From positions 1 to 45,291 of IMG/VR virus record IMGVR_UViG_3300020044_000702: a DNA stretch of 45,291 bases; one strand, written 5' to 3'. Below the pieces are notes generated by a model, which did no database searches, had not been told where the DNA came from, and was given only the letters and a program-made list of their open reading frames with translations. The translations under genes and the position numbers were made by a program. Within the stretch, counting starts at the first letter, position 1; each line of letters begins with the position of its first letter. Origin of the DNA: a virus (Duplodnaviria; Caudoviricetes). Shown here piece after piece: positions 1-9,137 of this stretch.

Positions 1-1
1 A

Positions 2-229
2 GACATAATCGCGTCTTGGAAAGTATGGGTGCCCAACACTAGGTGGGCTGAAGAATTGGTTGACGAAATCGCAGAGTTCCCATCAGGGGAACATGATGAC
101 TTGGTGGATGCGACAACTCTGGCACTCATGCGATTTAGACAAGGTGGGTTCTTGCGCTTGCCCAGCGACGAGCCTGAAGACATTCGGTATTTCAAAGGTC
201 ACCGCCGAGAGCGGTTCTACACAGTTTAA
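2..229 (+). CDS. terL: Terminase large subunit, C-terminal fragment (5' truncated by window)
   Basis: Frame is open from base 2 (DIIASWKVWVPNTRWAEELVDEIAEFPSGEHDDLVDA...). FPxGxHDDxVDA is the typical end of the TerL nuclease domain. Lies directly upstream of the portal. Confidence 0.88.
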   Translation, partial: DIIASWKVWVPNTRWAEELVDEIAEFPSGEHDDLVDATTLALMRFRQGGFLRLPSDEPEDIRYFKGHRRERFYTV

Positions 230-238
230 GGACACATC

Positions 239-2737
239 ATGGCAACAAGTTCAATGGACAAATCAATTTATCAAGCACCTCAAGGTCTCTCTGACTTAGC
301 CCTTGAACCTGACTTGGAGATCGAAATTGAAGACCCCGAGGAAGTAAATATCCACATGGGCGACATCGAGATTGATTTAAAGCCCCACAAAGAAACATCG
401 GATGACTTTGATGCCAACCTTGCCGAGTACATGGACGATGGTGAGTTGGACTCGCTTGGTAACGACCTAGTTGAAGACTTTGGCAAGGACATCAACGACC
501 GCAAGGACTGGATACGCACGTACGTGGATGGCCTGAAGCTGTTGGGCCTTCAGTACGAGGAGCGCACCGAGCCGTGGCAGGGCGCGTGTGGCGTGTTCCA
601 CCCCATGCTGACCGAGTCAGTTGTTAGGTTCCAGAGTGAAGCGATGATGGAGACGTTCCCAGCGATGGGGCCGGTCAAGACCCAGATCGTTGGCGCGATC
701 GACCTGTTGCGCGAAGAAGCCGCCGCTCGCGTGCGCGAGGACATGAACTACCAACTCACTGAGGTGATGGTCGAGTACCGCCCAGAGCACGAGAAGATGT
801 TGTGGTCACTGCCACTGGCTGGCTCAGCGTTCAAGAAGGTGTACTTTGATCCGGCCAAGGGTCGTCAAGTGGCAGTGTTTATTCCTGCCGAAGACATCGT
901 GGTGCCGTACGGTGCGAGCAACCTTGAGTCAGCGGAGCGAGTCACGCATGTGATGCGCAAGACCGAGAACGAGGTCAAGAAGTTGCAAGAAGCTGGGTTC
1001 TACCTTGACATCGACTTGGGCGAGCCGACGCATGAGTTGGACGACATTGAGAAGCAGAAGGCTGAAGAGCAGGGCATGTCTGCCTTGAATGATGATCGCT
1101 TCCGGTTCCTTGAGATGCACGTTGACTTGGACTTGGCGGGGTTTGAGCATACTGACAAGAAAGGCGAGCCCACGGGCATTGCGCTACCATACGTGGTGAC
1201 AGTTGAGAAGGGCACTCGCAAGATTCTGGCTATCAGAAGGAATTGGTACGAAGATGATGAACTCCACACCAAACGACAGCACTTTGTCCATTACCAATAC
1301 ATCCCCGGTTTTGGCTTCTATGGTTACGGTCTTATCCACCTTATCGGTGGGTACGCGAAGAGTGCGACGATGCTCATCCGTCAACTCGTGGATGCTGGAA
1401 CACTCTCGAATTTACCCGGTGGCCTCAAGTCTCGTGGTCTCCGCATCAAAGGCGACGATACACCTATCCAGCCCGGAGAGTTCCGAGATGTAGACGTACC
1501 GAGCGGCTCAATCAGGGACAACATCCTGCCCCTGCCATACAAGGAGCCGTCACAGGTTCTGTTTGCGTTGTTCCAGAACATTGTGCAAGAAGGCCGTGCG
1601 TTCGCCTCCAGTGGCGACATGAACGTGTCTGATATGAGTACCAACGCACCGGTGGGCACAACACTGGCTCTGTTGGAGAGAACGCTCAAGGTGATGACAG
1701 CAGTGCAAGCGCGTCTGCACTACACCATGAAGCAAGAGTTCCGCTTGCTCAAGACCATCATCGCCGACTATACGCCCGAGGAGTACGACTATGAGCCGGA
1801 AGATGCAGGCCGTAAAGCCAAGAAATCGGACTATGACAGCACAGATGTTATTCCTGTCAGTGACCCAAATGCAGCAACGATGGCACAGAAGATTGTGCAG
1901 TATCAAGCTGTTCTTCAGTTGGCTCAGTCTGCACCACAACTCTATAACTTACCTCTGCTGCATCGCCAGATGATCGAGGTGTTGGGTATCAAGAACGCCA
2001 GCAAACTCGTGCCGGTGGAAGATGATGCAGTACCAACCGACCCGATCCAAGAGAACCAGAACTTGCTCATCATGAAGCCGGTCAAAGCGTTCATCGAACA
2101 GAACCACGAGGCGCACATCCAAGCGCACATGTCTGCCATCCAGAACCCCAAGGTTCAGCAGTTGATGCAGATGAACCCACAGGCGCAAACGATCATGGCC
2201 GCAGCTATGGCGCACATCAACGAGCACATTGCGTTCGAGTACCGCCGCCAAATCGAACAAGCGATTGGTATGCCACTGCCTAACGAGGAACAGAACAAAC
2301 AAGTTTCTCCAGAGGTGGCAGACAAGATTGCCATGATGACCGCTCAAGCGTCTCAACAGTTGTTGCAGCAAGCGCAACAGCAGGCTCAGCAACAGCAAGC
2401 ACAACAGCAGATGCAAGACCCGATCGTTCAGATGCAGATGCAAGAACTTCAGATCAAACAAGGCGAGTTGCAGTTGAAACAACAAAAACAAGCCATCGAC
2501 GCTGCGGCCAAGGCCGATCAGTTGCGCATCGAGGAAGCACGTATCGCGGCTCAAAAAGAGATCGCTGCAATGCAGGTTGGCGCACAGTCAGCCGCAAAAC
2601 GAGATCAGCTTAATAAGCAGCAAGAGGCTGAAGGAGTTCGTATGGGCATTGATGCTGCGAAACATCGCGCACAGATGGCCGTACAAATAGCGCAACGGGC
2701 GGCGCAGAAATCGCCTAGCAAACCTAACAGGGGATAA
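239..2737 (+). CDS. Portal protein (P22-like, long Gln-rich C-terminal helical barrel)
   Basis: 832 aa after terL, RBS AAGGA. Motifs PWQGACGVFHPML, GSAFKKVY, GFYGYG and a QQQAQQQ-rich coiled-coil tail, as in P22-type portals. Confidence 0.88.
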   Translation: MATSSMDKSIYQAPQGLSDLALEPDLEIEIEDPEEVNIHMGDIEIDLKPHKETSDDFDANLAEYMDDGELDSLGNDLVEDFGKDINDRKDWIRTYVDGLKLLGLQYEERTEPWQGACGVFHPMLTESVVRFQSEAMMETFPAMGPVKTQIVGAIDLLREEAAARVREDMNYQLTEVMVEYRPEHEKMLWSLPLAGSAFKKVYFDPAKGRQVAVFIPAEDIVVPYGASNLESAERVTHVMRKTENEVKKLQEAGFYLDIDLGEPTHELDDIEKQKAEEQGMSALNDDRFRFLEMHVDLDLAGFEHTDKKGEPTGIALPYVVTVEKGTRKILAIRRNWYEDDELHTKRQHFVHYQYIPGFGFYGYGLIHLIGGYAKSATMLIRQLVDAGTLSNLPGGLKSRGLRIKGDDTPIQPGEFRDVDVPSGSIRDNILPLPYKEPSQVLFALFQNIVQEGRAFASSGDMNVSDMSTNAPVGTTLALLERTLKVMTAVQARLHYTMKQEFRLLKTIIADYTPEEYDYEPEDAGRKAKKSDYDSTDVIPVSDPNAATMAQKIVQYQAVLQLAQSAPQLYNLPLLHRQMIEVLGIKNASKLVPVEDDAVPTDPIQENQNLLIMKPVKAFIEQNHEAHIQAHMSAIQNPKVQQLMQMNPQAQTIMAAAMAHINEHIAFEYRRQIEQAIGMPLPNEEQNKQVSPEVADKIAMMTAQASQQLLQQAQQQAQQQQAQQQMQDPIVQMQMQELQIKQGELQLKQQKQAIDAAAKADQLRIEEARIAAQKEIAAMQVGAQSAAKRDQLNKQQEAEGVRMGIDAAKHRAQMAVQIAQRAAQKSPSKPNRG

Positions 2738-2739
2738 AC

Positions 2740-2937
2740 ATGGATAACGGCCAAGTGCTGGGCTATCTGGTGAAAGAAATCAACAAACTACGCGATGAGA
2801 ACGCTGCGTTCCTCGCTGCTGGAAGAGCGATCAATTTTGACGAATATCGTCATGTCTGCGGAATTATTCGAGGTCTAACCTTCGCAGAAACCCTTGTCAA
2901 AGACCTTGCGCAAAGAATGGAGTTAGCCGATGAGTGA
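2740..2937 (+). CDS. Small conserved phage protein following the portal
   Basis: 65 aa, tight operon spacing, helical FDEYRHVCGIIRGL segment. Confidence 0.7.
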   Translation: MDNGQVLGYLVKEINKLRDENAAFLAAGRAINFDEYRHVCGIIRGLTFAETLVKDLAQRMELADE

Positions 2938-3340
2938 ATTTGATACCGCTGCCGTGGATCTGTCCGGTATTCTGAATAAGAGTGCCGAAGAGAAAGCCAA
3001 GCAGTTGCCCGACCCTAAAACCTTCCGCCTTTTGTGCGTTGTTCCTGAAGCGATGGAAGAGTATCAAGACAGTGAAGTGGGTCTGATTAAAGACTCAAAA
3101 ACCATGCACTATGAAGAAGTGCTGACCCCAGTGCTGTTTGTCATCAAGCTAGGGCCTGATGCTTACAAAGACACTACCCGGTTCCCCAGTGGGCCGTCGT
3201 GCAAGGAAGGTGACTTCGTCATCGTCCGCCCCAATTCAGGCACCCGCTTGAAGATTCATGGCCGTGAGTTCCGCATCATCAACGATGACAGCGTGGAAGC
3301 GGTTGTGGAAGACCCGCGTGGCATCACCCGCGCAGCATAA
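2930..3340 (+). CDS. groES: GroES-like co-chaperonin (Cpn10)
   Basis: P.P...RLL, GLI, VIKLGPDAY, CKEGDFV, GTRLKIHGREFRIINDDSVEAVV follow the Cpn10 pattern. Confidence 0.85.
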   Translation: MSEFDTAAVDLSGILNKSAEEKAKQLPDPKTFRLLCVVPEAMEEYQDSEVGLIKDSKTMHYEEVLTPVLFVIKLGPDAYKDTTRFPSGPSCKEGDFVIVRPNSGTRLKIHGREFRIINDDSVEAVVEDPRGITRAA

Positions 3341-3350
3341 GGAGTAACAC

Positions 3351-4349
3351 ATGGCAACAAAATTTGATGACGACGTGTACGTATTTTCAGACGAGATCGA
3401 AACTAAGAAAGCTGCTGCTGAAGAAAAGATCGAGATTGAGATCGAAGACGATACGCCCGTCGCCGACCGGGGCCGCAAGCCCATGAAAGAGCCGGTGGAA
3501 GACCCGACCGAAGAGGAGTTAGCCTCCTACGACGAGAAGGTTCAGGCGCGTATGAAGAAGTTCACTCGTGGGTACCACGATGAACGCCGTGCCAAGGAGC
3601 AAGCCCTGCGGGAACGCGAGGCTACCGAAGCATACGCCCGACAGATCATTGAAGAAAATAAACGACTTCAACAACAGCTTTCTAGCGGGAGTAAAGTATT
3701 TATCGAGCAGTCGCAATCCAGTGCGCAGCTTGAGCTTGATTCCGCCAAGAAAAGGTACAAAGAAGCCTACGAAGCCGCCGATGTAGATGCGTTGGCAGAA
3801 GCCCAAGCAGAAATTGCCAAGGCTACTTTGCGCATGGACAAGGCTTCAGGTATGAAGCCCATCGAGGTTGAAGAACGCGAGTTCACGCCCGCCCAACCCG
3901 AGCAGCCAAAACTAGCCCCGCGCACAAAAAAGTGGATTGAGCGCAACAGCGACTGGTGGGGCCAAGACGACGAAATGACAATGGCCGCTATGGGTATTGA
4001 CAGGAAGTTACAGAAAGAGTATGGTGCGGACTATGTAGGTACTGAAGAGTACTTTCAAACCATCGACAAAACGATGCGCAAACGATTTCCTGAGCACTTT
4101 GAAAGTGACCAGAGCTATGAGGATGACGAACCGCCTCCAAAGAAAAGAACGTCAGAACCGGTTGACGAGGATGAAGATAATCCGCCGCGCCGTGCAACAA
4201 AAATTACTTCGCCTGTGGCTCCGGCCTCGCGTAGTACCCCACCTAGTCGTATTCGACTGAAAGCATCCGAAGCCGCGCAAGCGCGTCGCCTTGGGGTGCC
4301 CATTGAAGAATATGCGAGACAGGTTGCTTTACTTAGAAAAGGTACTTAA
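3351..4349 (+). CDS. Putative capsid scaffolding protein
   Basis: 332 aa, acidic N-terminus, long coiled coil, C-terminal ARRLGVPIEEYAR helix-turn-helix typical of coat-binding ends. Lies between portal and capsid genes, RBS AAGGAG. Confidence 0.7.
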   Translation: MATKFDDDVYVFSDEIETKKAAAEEKIEIEIEDDTPVADRGRKPMKEPVEDPTEEELASYDEKVQARMKKFTRGYHDERRAKEQALREREATEAYARQIIEENKRLQQQLSSGSKVFIEQSQSSAQLELDSAKKRYKEAYEAADVDALAEAQAEIAKATLRMDKASGMKPIEVEEREFTPAQPEQPKLAPRTKKWIERNSDWWGQDDEMTMAAMGIDRKLQKEYGADYVGTEEYFQTIDKTMRKRFPEHFESDQSYEDDEPPPKKRTSEPVDEDEDNPPRRATKITSPVAPASRSTPPSRIRLKASEAAQARRLGVPIEEYARQVALLRKGT

Positions 4350-4351
4350 TC

Positions 4352-4828
4352 ATGGAAAACGTAGAAACAAAAAAATCGCAGATTCGTTTGGATCGTGCAT
4401 TGGATAGTCGGACTGCTACCTACAGACCATCGTCTTGGCAAGCGCCCGAAGCCCTACCCATGCCGGACGAGCGTCCCGGTTGGAAACATCGTTATGTCCG
4501 ATTGAGCACTTTGGGGACTGCTGATCCCAGCAATATCTCTTCTAAGTTACGTGAAGGATACGAACCCGTGAAAGCGGAAGAATATCCCGAACTCATGATG
4601 CACGCTGCCACTGAAGGCCGCTTTAAAGGCGGCATTGAGATTGGCGGACTGTTGCTCTGTCGTATTCCTGCTGAGTTCATGGAACAACGTGCCAAGCACT
4701 TTGAAGACAAGAACAAGCAAGCAATGGATGCGGTGGACAACAATTTCCTTCGTGAAAGGGACTCTCGATCTAATATGGCGTTATTCGCTGATAAGAAGTC
4801 GAAGGTAACTTTCGGTTCTGGTTCTTAA
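4352..4828 (+). CDS. Conserved head-module protein
   Basis: 158 aa with PGWKHRYVR...REGYEPV...GGLLLCRIP, typical of the gene between scaffold and capsid genes in this phage type. Confidence 0.7.
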   Translation: MENVETKKSQIRLDRALDSRTATYRPSSWQAPEALPMPDERPGWKHRYVRLSTLGTADPSNISSKLREGYEPVKAEEYPELMMHAATEGRFKGGIEIGGLLLCRIPAEFMEQRAKHFEDKNKQAMDAVDNNFLRERDSRSNMALFADKKSKVTFGSGS

Positions 4829-4844
4829 ATTTAGGAGTCCTTAA

Positions 4845-5507
4845 ATGGCATATCCAACTGTTGACGCCCCCTACGGGCTGAAACCGATCAATTTGATCGG
4901 CGGACAGGTGTTTGCCGGAGCAACTCGACAATTAGTCATTGCGAATACTACTGGTACCGGTTACGGCACCAGCATTTTCTATGGCGACGTGGTCAAACTT
5001 GTTTCTGGTGGCACCATTGAAAAAGACACTGGCACATCAACCGCTACACCTTGTGGCGTGTTCATGGGTTGCCAGTACATCAGTGCAGTCACTGGACAAC
5101 TGACTTTCTCGCAGTATTACCCCGCGAGCTTGGCAGTTAAGAGTGGTTCAACCATCAATGCCTTTGTGGCCGATGATCCCGATCAACTGTTCAAAGTTGT
5201 GCTTGTTGCAGGCACTACAGCCGACGGTAATGGTTTGACCCCAGCTTTCTTGGGTCGTACCATGATTGGCTCTAACGCCGCCTTGGTGCAAAACGCAGGT
5301 TCATCTGTGACTGGTGACTCTAAAGTGGCGATTTACTCCGCTGCTGGTGGCACTACCACTGACACCCTGCCGATCCGCATCATTGATGTAGTCCCTGATA
5401 CTGCCAATTCTTCCGGTAATTTCTGCGAATTTATCGTGAAGTGGAACGCTGCTAATGTCAGCGGTCTGACCGGTGGTCATCAGTACCTCAACCCAACTGG
5501 CGTTTAA
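4845..5507 (+). CDS. Putative capsid decoration/minor capsid protein
   Basis: 220 aa beta-rich (APYGLKP, IFYGDVV, GVFMGC, VADDPDQLF), RBS AGGAG, immediately before the major capsid gene. Confidence 0.65.
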   Translation: MAYPTVDAPYGLKPINLIGGQVFAGATRQLVIANTTGTGYGTSIFYGDVVKLVSGGTIEKDTGTSTATPCGVFMGCQYISAVTGQLTFSQYYPASLAVKSGSTINAFVADDPDQLFKVVLVAGTTADGNGLTPAFLGRTMIGSNAALVQNAGSSVTGDSKVAIYSAAGGTTTDTLPIRIIDVVPDTANSSGNFCEFIVKWNAANVSGLTGGHQYLNPTGV

Positions 5508-5522
5508 TCAAGGAGCATATAA

Positions 5523-6434
5523 ATGGCTATTTCACGCGCACAACTGCTGAAAGAGTTGCTCCCCGGACTGAACGCTTTGTTCGGTATGGAGTACGCTCGC
5601 TATGGCGAAGAACACAAAGAAATCTACGAATCCGAGACTTCTGAGCGTTCCTTCGAGGAAGAAACCAAGCTGTCTGGCTTCTCAGCCGCACCTGTCAAGA
5701 ACGAAGGCTCTGCCATCGCTTACGACAACGCGCAGGAAGCATGGACAACCCGCTACACGCACGAAACCATCGCCTTGGGTTTCTCGATTACCGAAGAGGC
5801 AATCGAAGACAACTTGTACGACAGCCTGTCGTCTCGTTACACCAAGTCATTGGCTCGCGCTATGGCGTACACCAAACAGGTCAAGGCTGCTGCCGTCCTG
5901 AACAACGGCTTCTCTGCCAGCTACCCCGGTGGCGATGGCGTTGCTTTGTTCAGTACTGCTCACCCGCTGGTCTCTGGTGGAACCAACAGCAACACTCCTT
6001 CCACTCAGGTTGACCTGAACGAGACTTCCTTGGAAGCCGCCGTTATTCAGATCGCCGCTTGGACAGACGAGCGTGGTTTGTTGATTGCCGCCAAGCCTGT
6101 GAAGATGATTGTTCCCCCGAACTTGATGTTCGTCGCTAAACGCCTGTTGGACACCGAACTCCGTGTGTCTACTGCTGATAACGACATCAACGCCATCAAG
6201 CAAATGGGCGCTATCCCCGGTGGTTACGCAGTGAACCACTACTTGACAGACACCAACGCTTGGTTCCTGACAACAGACGTTCCTAACGGTCTGAAGCACT
6301 TCGTTCGTTCTCCGCTGGTCAACAGCATGGACGGCGACTTCGACACCGGCAACGTCCGTTACAAGGCCCGTGAGCGTTACAGCTTCGGCTGGTCTGACCC
6401 TCTGGGTATGTGGGGTTCTTCAGGTTCGTCCTGA
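5523..6434 (+). CDS. Major capsid protein (HK97 fold, Mu gpT-like family)
   Basis: MAISRAQLLKELLPGLNALFG start, GDGVALFSTAHP, YLTDTNAWF, DFDTGNVRYKARERYSFGWSD. Strong RBS, biased codon use, followed by a terminator. Confidence 0.92.
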   Translation: MAISRAQLLKELLPGLNALFGMEYARYGEEHKEIYESETSERSFEEETKLSGFSAAPVKNEGSAIAYDNAQEAWTTRYTHETIALGFSITEEAIEDNLYDSLSSRYTKSLARAMAYTKQVKAAAVLNNGFSASYPGGDGVALFSTAHPLVSGGTNSNTPSTQVDLNETSLEAAVIQIAAWTDERGLLIAAKPVKMIVPPNLMFVAKRLLDTELRVSTADNDINAIKQMGAIPGGYAVNHYLTDTNAWFLTTDVPNGLKHFVRSPLVNSMDGDFDTGNVRYKARERYSFGWSDPLGMWGSSGSS

Positions 6435-6442
6435 TAAACCGG

Positions 6443-6471
6443 AAAAGGGGCCTTGTGCCCCTTTTTCTTTT
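6443..6471 (+). terminator. Intrinsic terminator after the major capsid gene
   Basis: Stem AAAAGGGGC (6443-6451) / GCCCCTTTT (6457-6465), 5-nt loop, followed by TCTTTT. Confidence 0.85.
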
Positions 6472-6481
6472 GGTGTATATT
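6453..6481 (+). promoter_or_regulatory. Putative sigma70 promoter overlapping the terminator
   Basis: TTGTGC (6453-6458) - 17 nt - TATATT (6476-6481). Predicted start near 6488, where the structured RNA begins. Confidence 0.5.
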
Positions 6482-6487
6482 GCACTC

Positions 6488-6566
6488 ATTCCGGGGTTCT
6501 CCGGTGTATCAAACAGTCCCGGCTGACGACATGCAGATTGATACACCTTCACTTGCATGTAAGGAA
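6488..6566 (+). ncRNA. Structured RNA: two hairpins with 10-bp kissing loops (candidate Mu-gpT-DE-like element)
   Basis: Pairings 6491-6498/6515-6522, 6529-6536/6553-6560 and perfect GGTGTATCAA (6503-6512) / TTGATACACC (6538-6547). Sits directly downstream of a gpT-like capsid gene and abuts the next RBS. Confidence 0.65.
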
Positions 6567-6571
6567 AAAAC

Positions 6572-7111
6572 ATGGCACGCACTACGTTTCAAGGCCCAAT
6601 CCGGTCACTCAATGGCTTTTACACACAAGGCCCCGGTTCTGTTCTCGCAGTTACCTCTAGCATCACTTTAAACCCTCAAGATTACGCTGGCCGCATCATC
6701 AGCGTTGGCGGTTCATTGGCAGCAAACGTGGTTATCACGTTGCCCACTATCAACACTTCTAGCGACCCTTCTTCATCTGGCCCCGGCTCAGACCCTAACA
6801 CCCAAAACAACGAAGGCGCTGTCTACACAATTTGGGTTCCAACAACCATCTCCACAAGTTCTTTGAAGATTGGCACTGACGGCACCGACAAGTTTGTTGG
6901 CACTATCTTTGGTGTGGACACCGATAGCTCCAACGCTTTGGTGGCTTACACCGCCGCAGCAGCAAATGACTTCATCAACTTTGACGGCTCTACCACCGGT
7001 GGTGTTGCTGGTACATGGGTACAGATCTTTGCAATCGCGGCCAACAAGTACATGGTGAATGGTATTGCTTTGGGTTCTGGTACTGTTGCCACACCGTTTG
7101 CCAATTCCTAA
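6572..7111 (+). CDS. Putative virion structural protein
   Basis: 179 aa, MARTTFQGPIRS start, G/T/S-rich beta protein ending ATPFA, RBS AAGGA. Confidence 0.7.
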   Translation: MARTTFQGPIRSLNGFYTQGPGSVLAVTSSITLNPQDYAGRIISVGGSLAANVVITLPTINTSSDPSSSGPGSDPNTQNNEGAVYTIWVPTTISTSSLKIGTDGTDKFVGTIFGVDTDSSNALVAYTAAAANDFINFDGSTTGGVAGTWVQIFAIAANKYMVNGIALGSGTVATPFANS

Positions 7112-7124
7112 TTAGGAGCATCCA

Positions 7125-7616
7125 ATGACGATGCAATTTGATGTCAAGTCATTCCATGTGATGACTGGAACGCCGACGGCAATTGCACAACGCACTCGTT
7201 TAAAGGGTGCGATTGTGTCCAACTCGGTTTCCGGCACACCCGCGAATGTGCTTTTTGCCAACAATGTAACGATCAGCGGCACATACAACATACCCGGCAC
7301 AACAACCTGCACAGTGACCACAAGCACTGCGCATGGACTGACGACTGGGGATCGTGTTTGGCTGAACTTTACATCCGGCTCTGCGGTAGACAACGTCTAT
7401 ACCGTCACTGTGACCACAACCACAGCGTTTACGGTTACGACCGGCGCTTTGACAACGTCCGGCAACGTATCCGTGTACACGCAGGTTTTGATGGAAGTTG
7501 ACATTACAAACAGCGTGCCTGTTTCAGTCAACATCCCCGGTGAAGGCATTCTGGCAACAGACGGCATTTTTGTTGGTACGCCAGCAAACATTGCTGCGAC
7601 GGTGTTCTATGGCTAA
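7125..7616 (+). CDS. Putative structural protein with an inserted HGLxTGD beta-module
   Basis: 163 aa. RTRLKG...IPGEGILATDGI...TVFYG core interrupted by TCTVTTSTAHGLTTGDRV...FTV. Confidence 0.7.
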   Translation: MTMQFDVKSFHVMTGTPTAIAQRTRLKGAIVSNSVSGTPANVLFANNVTISGTYNIPGTTTCTVTTSTAHGLTTGDRVWLNFTSGSAVDNVYTVTVTTTTAFTVTTGALTTSGNVSVYTQVLMEVDITNSVPVSVNIPGEGILATDGIFVGTPANIAATVFYG

Positions 7617-7923
7617 GTCCCCTGCATGGCAACGGGCGGAAGGGAAGAATCCCAACGGAGGCTTGAACGCCAAAGGTCGCGCCTCTGCCAAGAAGCAGGG
7701 GATGAACCTGAAAGCCCCACAGCCCGAGGGCGGCAGTCGCCGAGACTCTTTCTGCGCCCGGATGAAAGGCATGAAAGCGAAGCTCACGAGCGCCGAGACC
7801 GCACGCGATCCCGATTCGAGGATTAACAAGAGCCTGCGGGCTTGGAACTGCGCAGATGGCGGGTATGTAACAAAAGCCGATGGTTGTGCAACCAAAGGTA
7901 AGACGAAGGGTAGGTTTGTTTAA
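7609..7923 (+). CDS. Small basic protein (RRxSFCARM...SLRAWNC, DUF6321-like) with shared C-terminal tag
   Basis: True start is probably ATG 7609 (MAKSPAWQR). Ends CADGG...ADGCATKGKTKGRFV. Family name from memory. Confidence 0.75.
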   Translation: MAKSPAWQRAEGKNPNGGLNAKGRASAKKQGMNLKAPQPEGGSRRDSFCARMKGMKAKLTSAETARDPDSRINKSLRAWNCADGGYVTKADGCATKGKTKGRFV

Positions 7924-8369
7924 TGGCAAAGAATGGCCCAAAACGCGGACTTGATGAGCAAGAGCTTGAAGGCGGTGGCGCAGGCGCGAGTATGCGCAAC
8001 GCCAGCACTAAAGACACAAAATGGAGCAGCAAGCCTTCATTCACCAGCAACGCCAGCTTGATGGATGACATCAAGAAAATAAACAAAGACACTTCCCACC
8101 TCAAAGGTAATGCGAAGAAGGTTGCCGAAGACGCTCAAGACCGCGCAGGTAAACGAACAGCTATACGCGCAGCAGGCACCGGTGCCACCGCCGCAGGCAT
8201 AAAAGCCGCAACCGGCGACGATTACGAAGACACAACCGACAACACGGCTCCTTCCTCCGCTGGTATGGGTGCAATCATGTCTGGTAAAGGCATGGCCAAG
8301 GGTGGTTCAGCTTCCAGCCGAGCCGATGGTATCGCCCAGCGCGGTAAGACCAGAGGGAAGATGTGCTGA
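7923..8369 (+). CDS. Low-complexity protein with shared C-terminal tag
   Basis: 148 aa, TAATG coupling to the previous gene, ends MAKGGSASSRADGIAQRGKTRGKMC. Confidence 0.75.
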   Translation: MAKNGPKRGLDEQELEGGGAGASMRNASTKDTKWSSKPSFTSNASLMDDIKKINKDTSHLKGNAKKVAEDAQDRAGKRTAIRAAGTGATAAGIKAATGDDYEDTTDNTAPSSAGMGAIMSGKGMAKGGSASSRADGIAQRGKTRGKMC

Positions 8370-8370
8370 G

Positions 8371-8610
8371 ATGGACATCAATACCATTTGGTCTGGCGCA
8401 CTGTCAGCCGTCTTGGGCGGCTTGTGGTTCTTCATCCGCGAGAAGTTCGAGGATGTGCGCCGTGTCGAGCGTCTTTTGAATATCACACGCGAGGAGATTG
8501 CCCGTGATACAGCTACTAAAGCAGAAGTTGCAAGGGTTACTGAGCACATTGACCAGCGTTTCAACAAGCTGGAAGAAAAGATTGACCGGCTACTTCAAGC
8601 GGGGCGATGA
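8371..8610 (+). CDS. Small membrane protein (one N-terminal TM helix plus coiled coil)
   Basis: Start ATG 8371: MDINTIWSGALSAVLGGLWFFIREK...RFNKLEEKIDRLL. Confidence 0.7.
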   Translation: MDINTIWSGALSAVLGGLWFFIREKFEDVRRVERLLNITREEIARDTATKAEVARVTEHIDQRFNKLEEKIDRLLQAGR

Positions 8611-9122
8611 TGCCAGCAACAAGCCTTAAGCAAAAGAAATTCATGGATGCTGCGGCGCACAATCCGCAGTTTGCAAAACAGGCCGGGGTTCCTCAGTCTG
8701 TTGCAAAAGACTTCAGCACGGCCAGCAAAGGCATGACGTTTGGGGGTGGCAGATCAACGGCAATACGCGCTGATCGTCAAAAAATCAACAATCCTAAAAC
8801 CAATCAGGGTAAGCAGGAACTTTTTAAAAAGGGTGGCGAAATGAAAGAATCCAAAGCAATGGCAAAGAAAGAAGTCTCTTTTATGCAGAAAAAGGGCGCT
8901 CCAAAGTCCATGATTAAGCATGAAAAAGAAGAGTACGGCATGAAAAAAGGCGGAGCCACCAAGAAGATGGCTTCCGGCGGTATCACTTCTGCCAAGATGG
9001 GTTCAGTCAAGACCGCTGCTCCCAGCCGTGACGGCGTAGCCACCAAAGGCAAAACCCAAGGCTCAATGGTCAAGATGGCGGGCTCCAAACCCTTGGGTAT
9101 GAAGCGCGGCGGTAAATGCTGA
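8607..9122 (+). CDS. Lys/Met-rich basic protein with multiple [MF]xxGG motifs
   Basis: 171 aa. N-terminal MPATSLKQKKFMDAAAHNPQFAKQAGVPQSVAKDF, then FKKGG, MKKGG, MASGG, RDGVATKGKTQG, MKRGG. Confidence 0.78.
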   Translation: MMPATSLKQKKFMDAAAHNPQFAKQAGVPQSVAKDFSTASKGMTFGGGRSTAIRADRQKINNPKTNQGKQELFKKGGEMKESKAMAKKEVSFMQKKGAPKSMIKHEKEEYGMKKGGATKKMASGGITSAKMGSVKTAAPSRDGVATKGKTQGSMVKMAGSKPLGMKRGGKC

Positions 9123-9137
9123 TTTAAGGAGTAGATC

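Noticed and set aside
2341-2500. CAG/CAA-rich tract as a microsatellite
   Set aside because: It encodes the Gln-rich portal barrel with mixed codons.
6488-6566. Canonical hammerhead ribozyme call
   Set aside because: CUGANGA is present but GAAA is replaced by UAAG and stem III cannot form. Kept only as a resemblance.
7498-7608. Upstream start extensions in the ORF track (also 8269, 10461, 14957, 20257, 20438, 22525, 42453, 45241)
   Set aside because: They overlap neighbouring genes and lack an RBS. Downstream coupled starts fit better.
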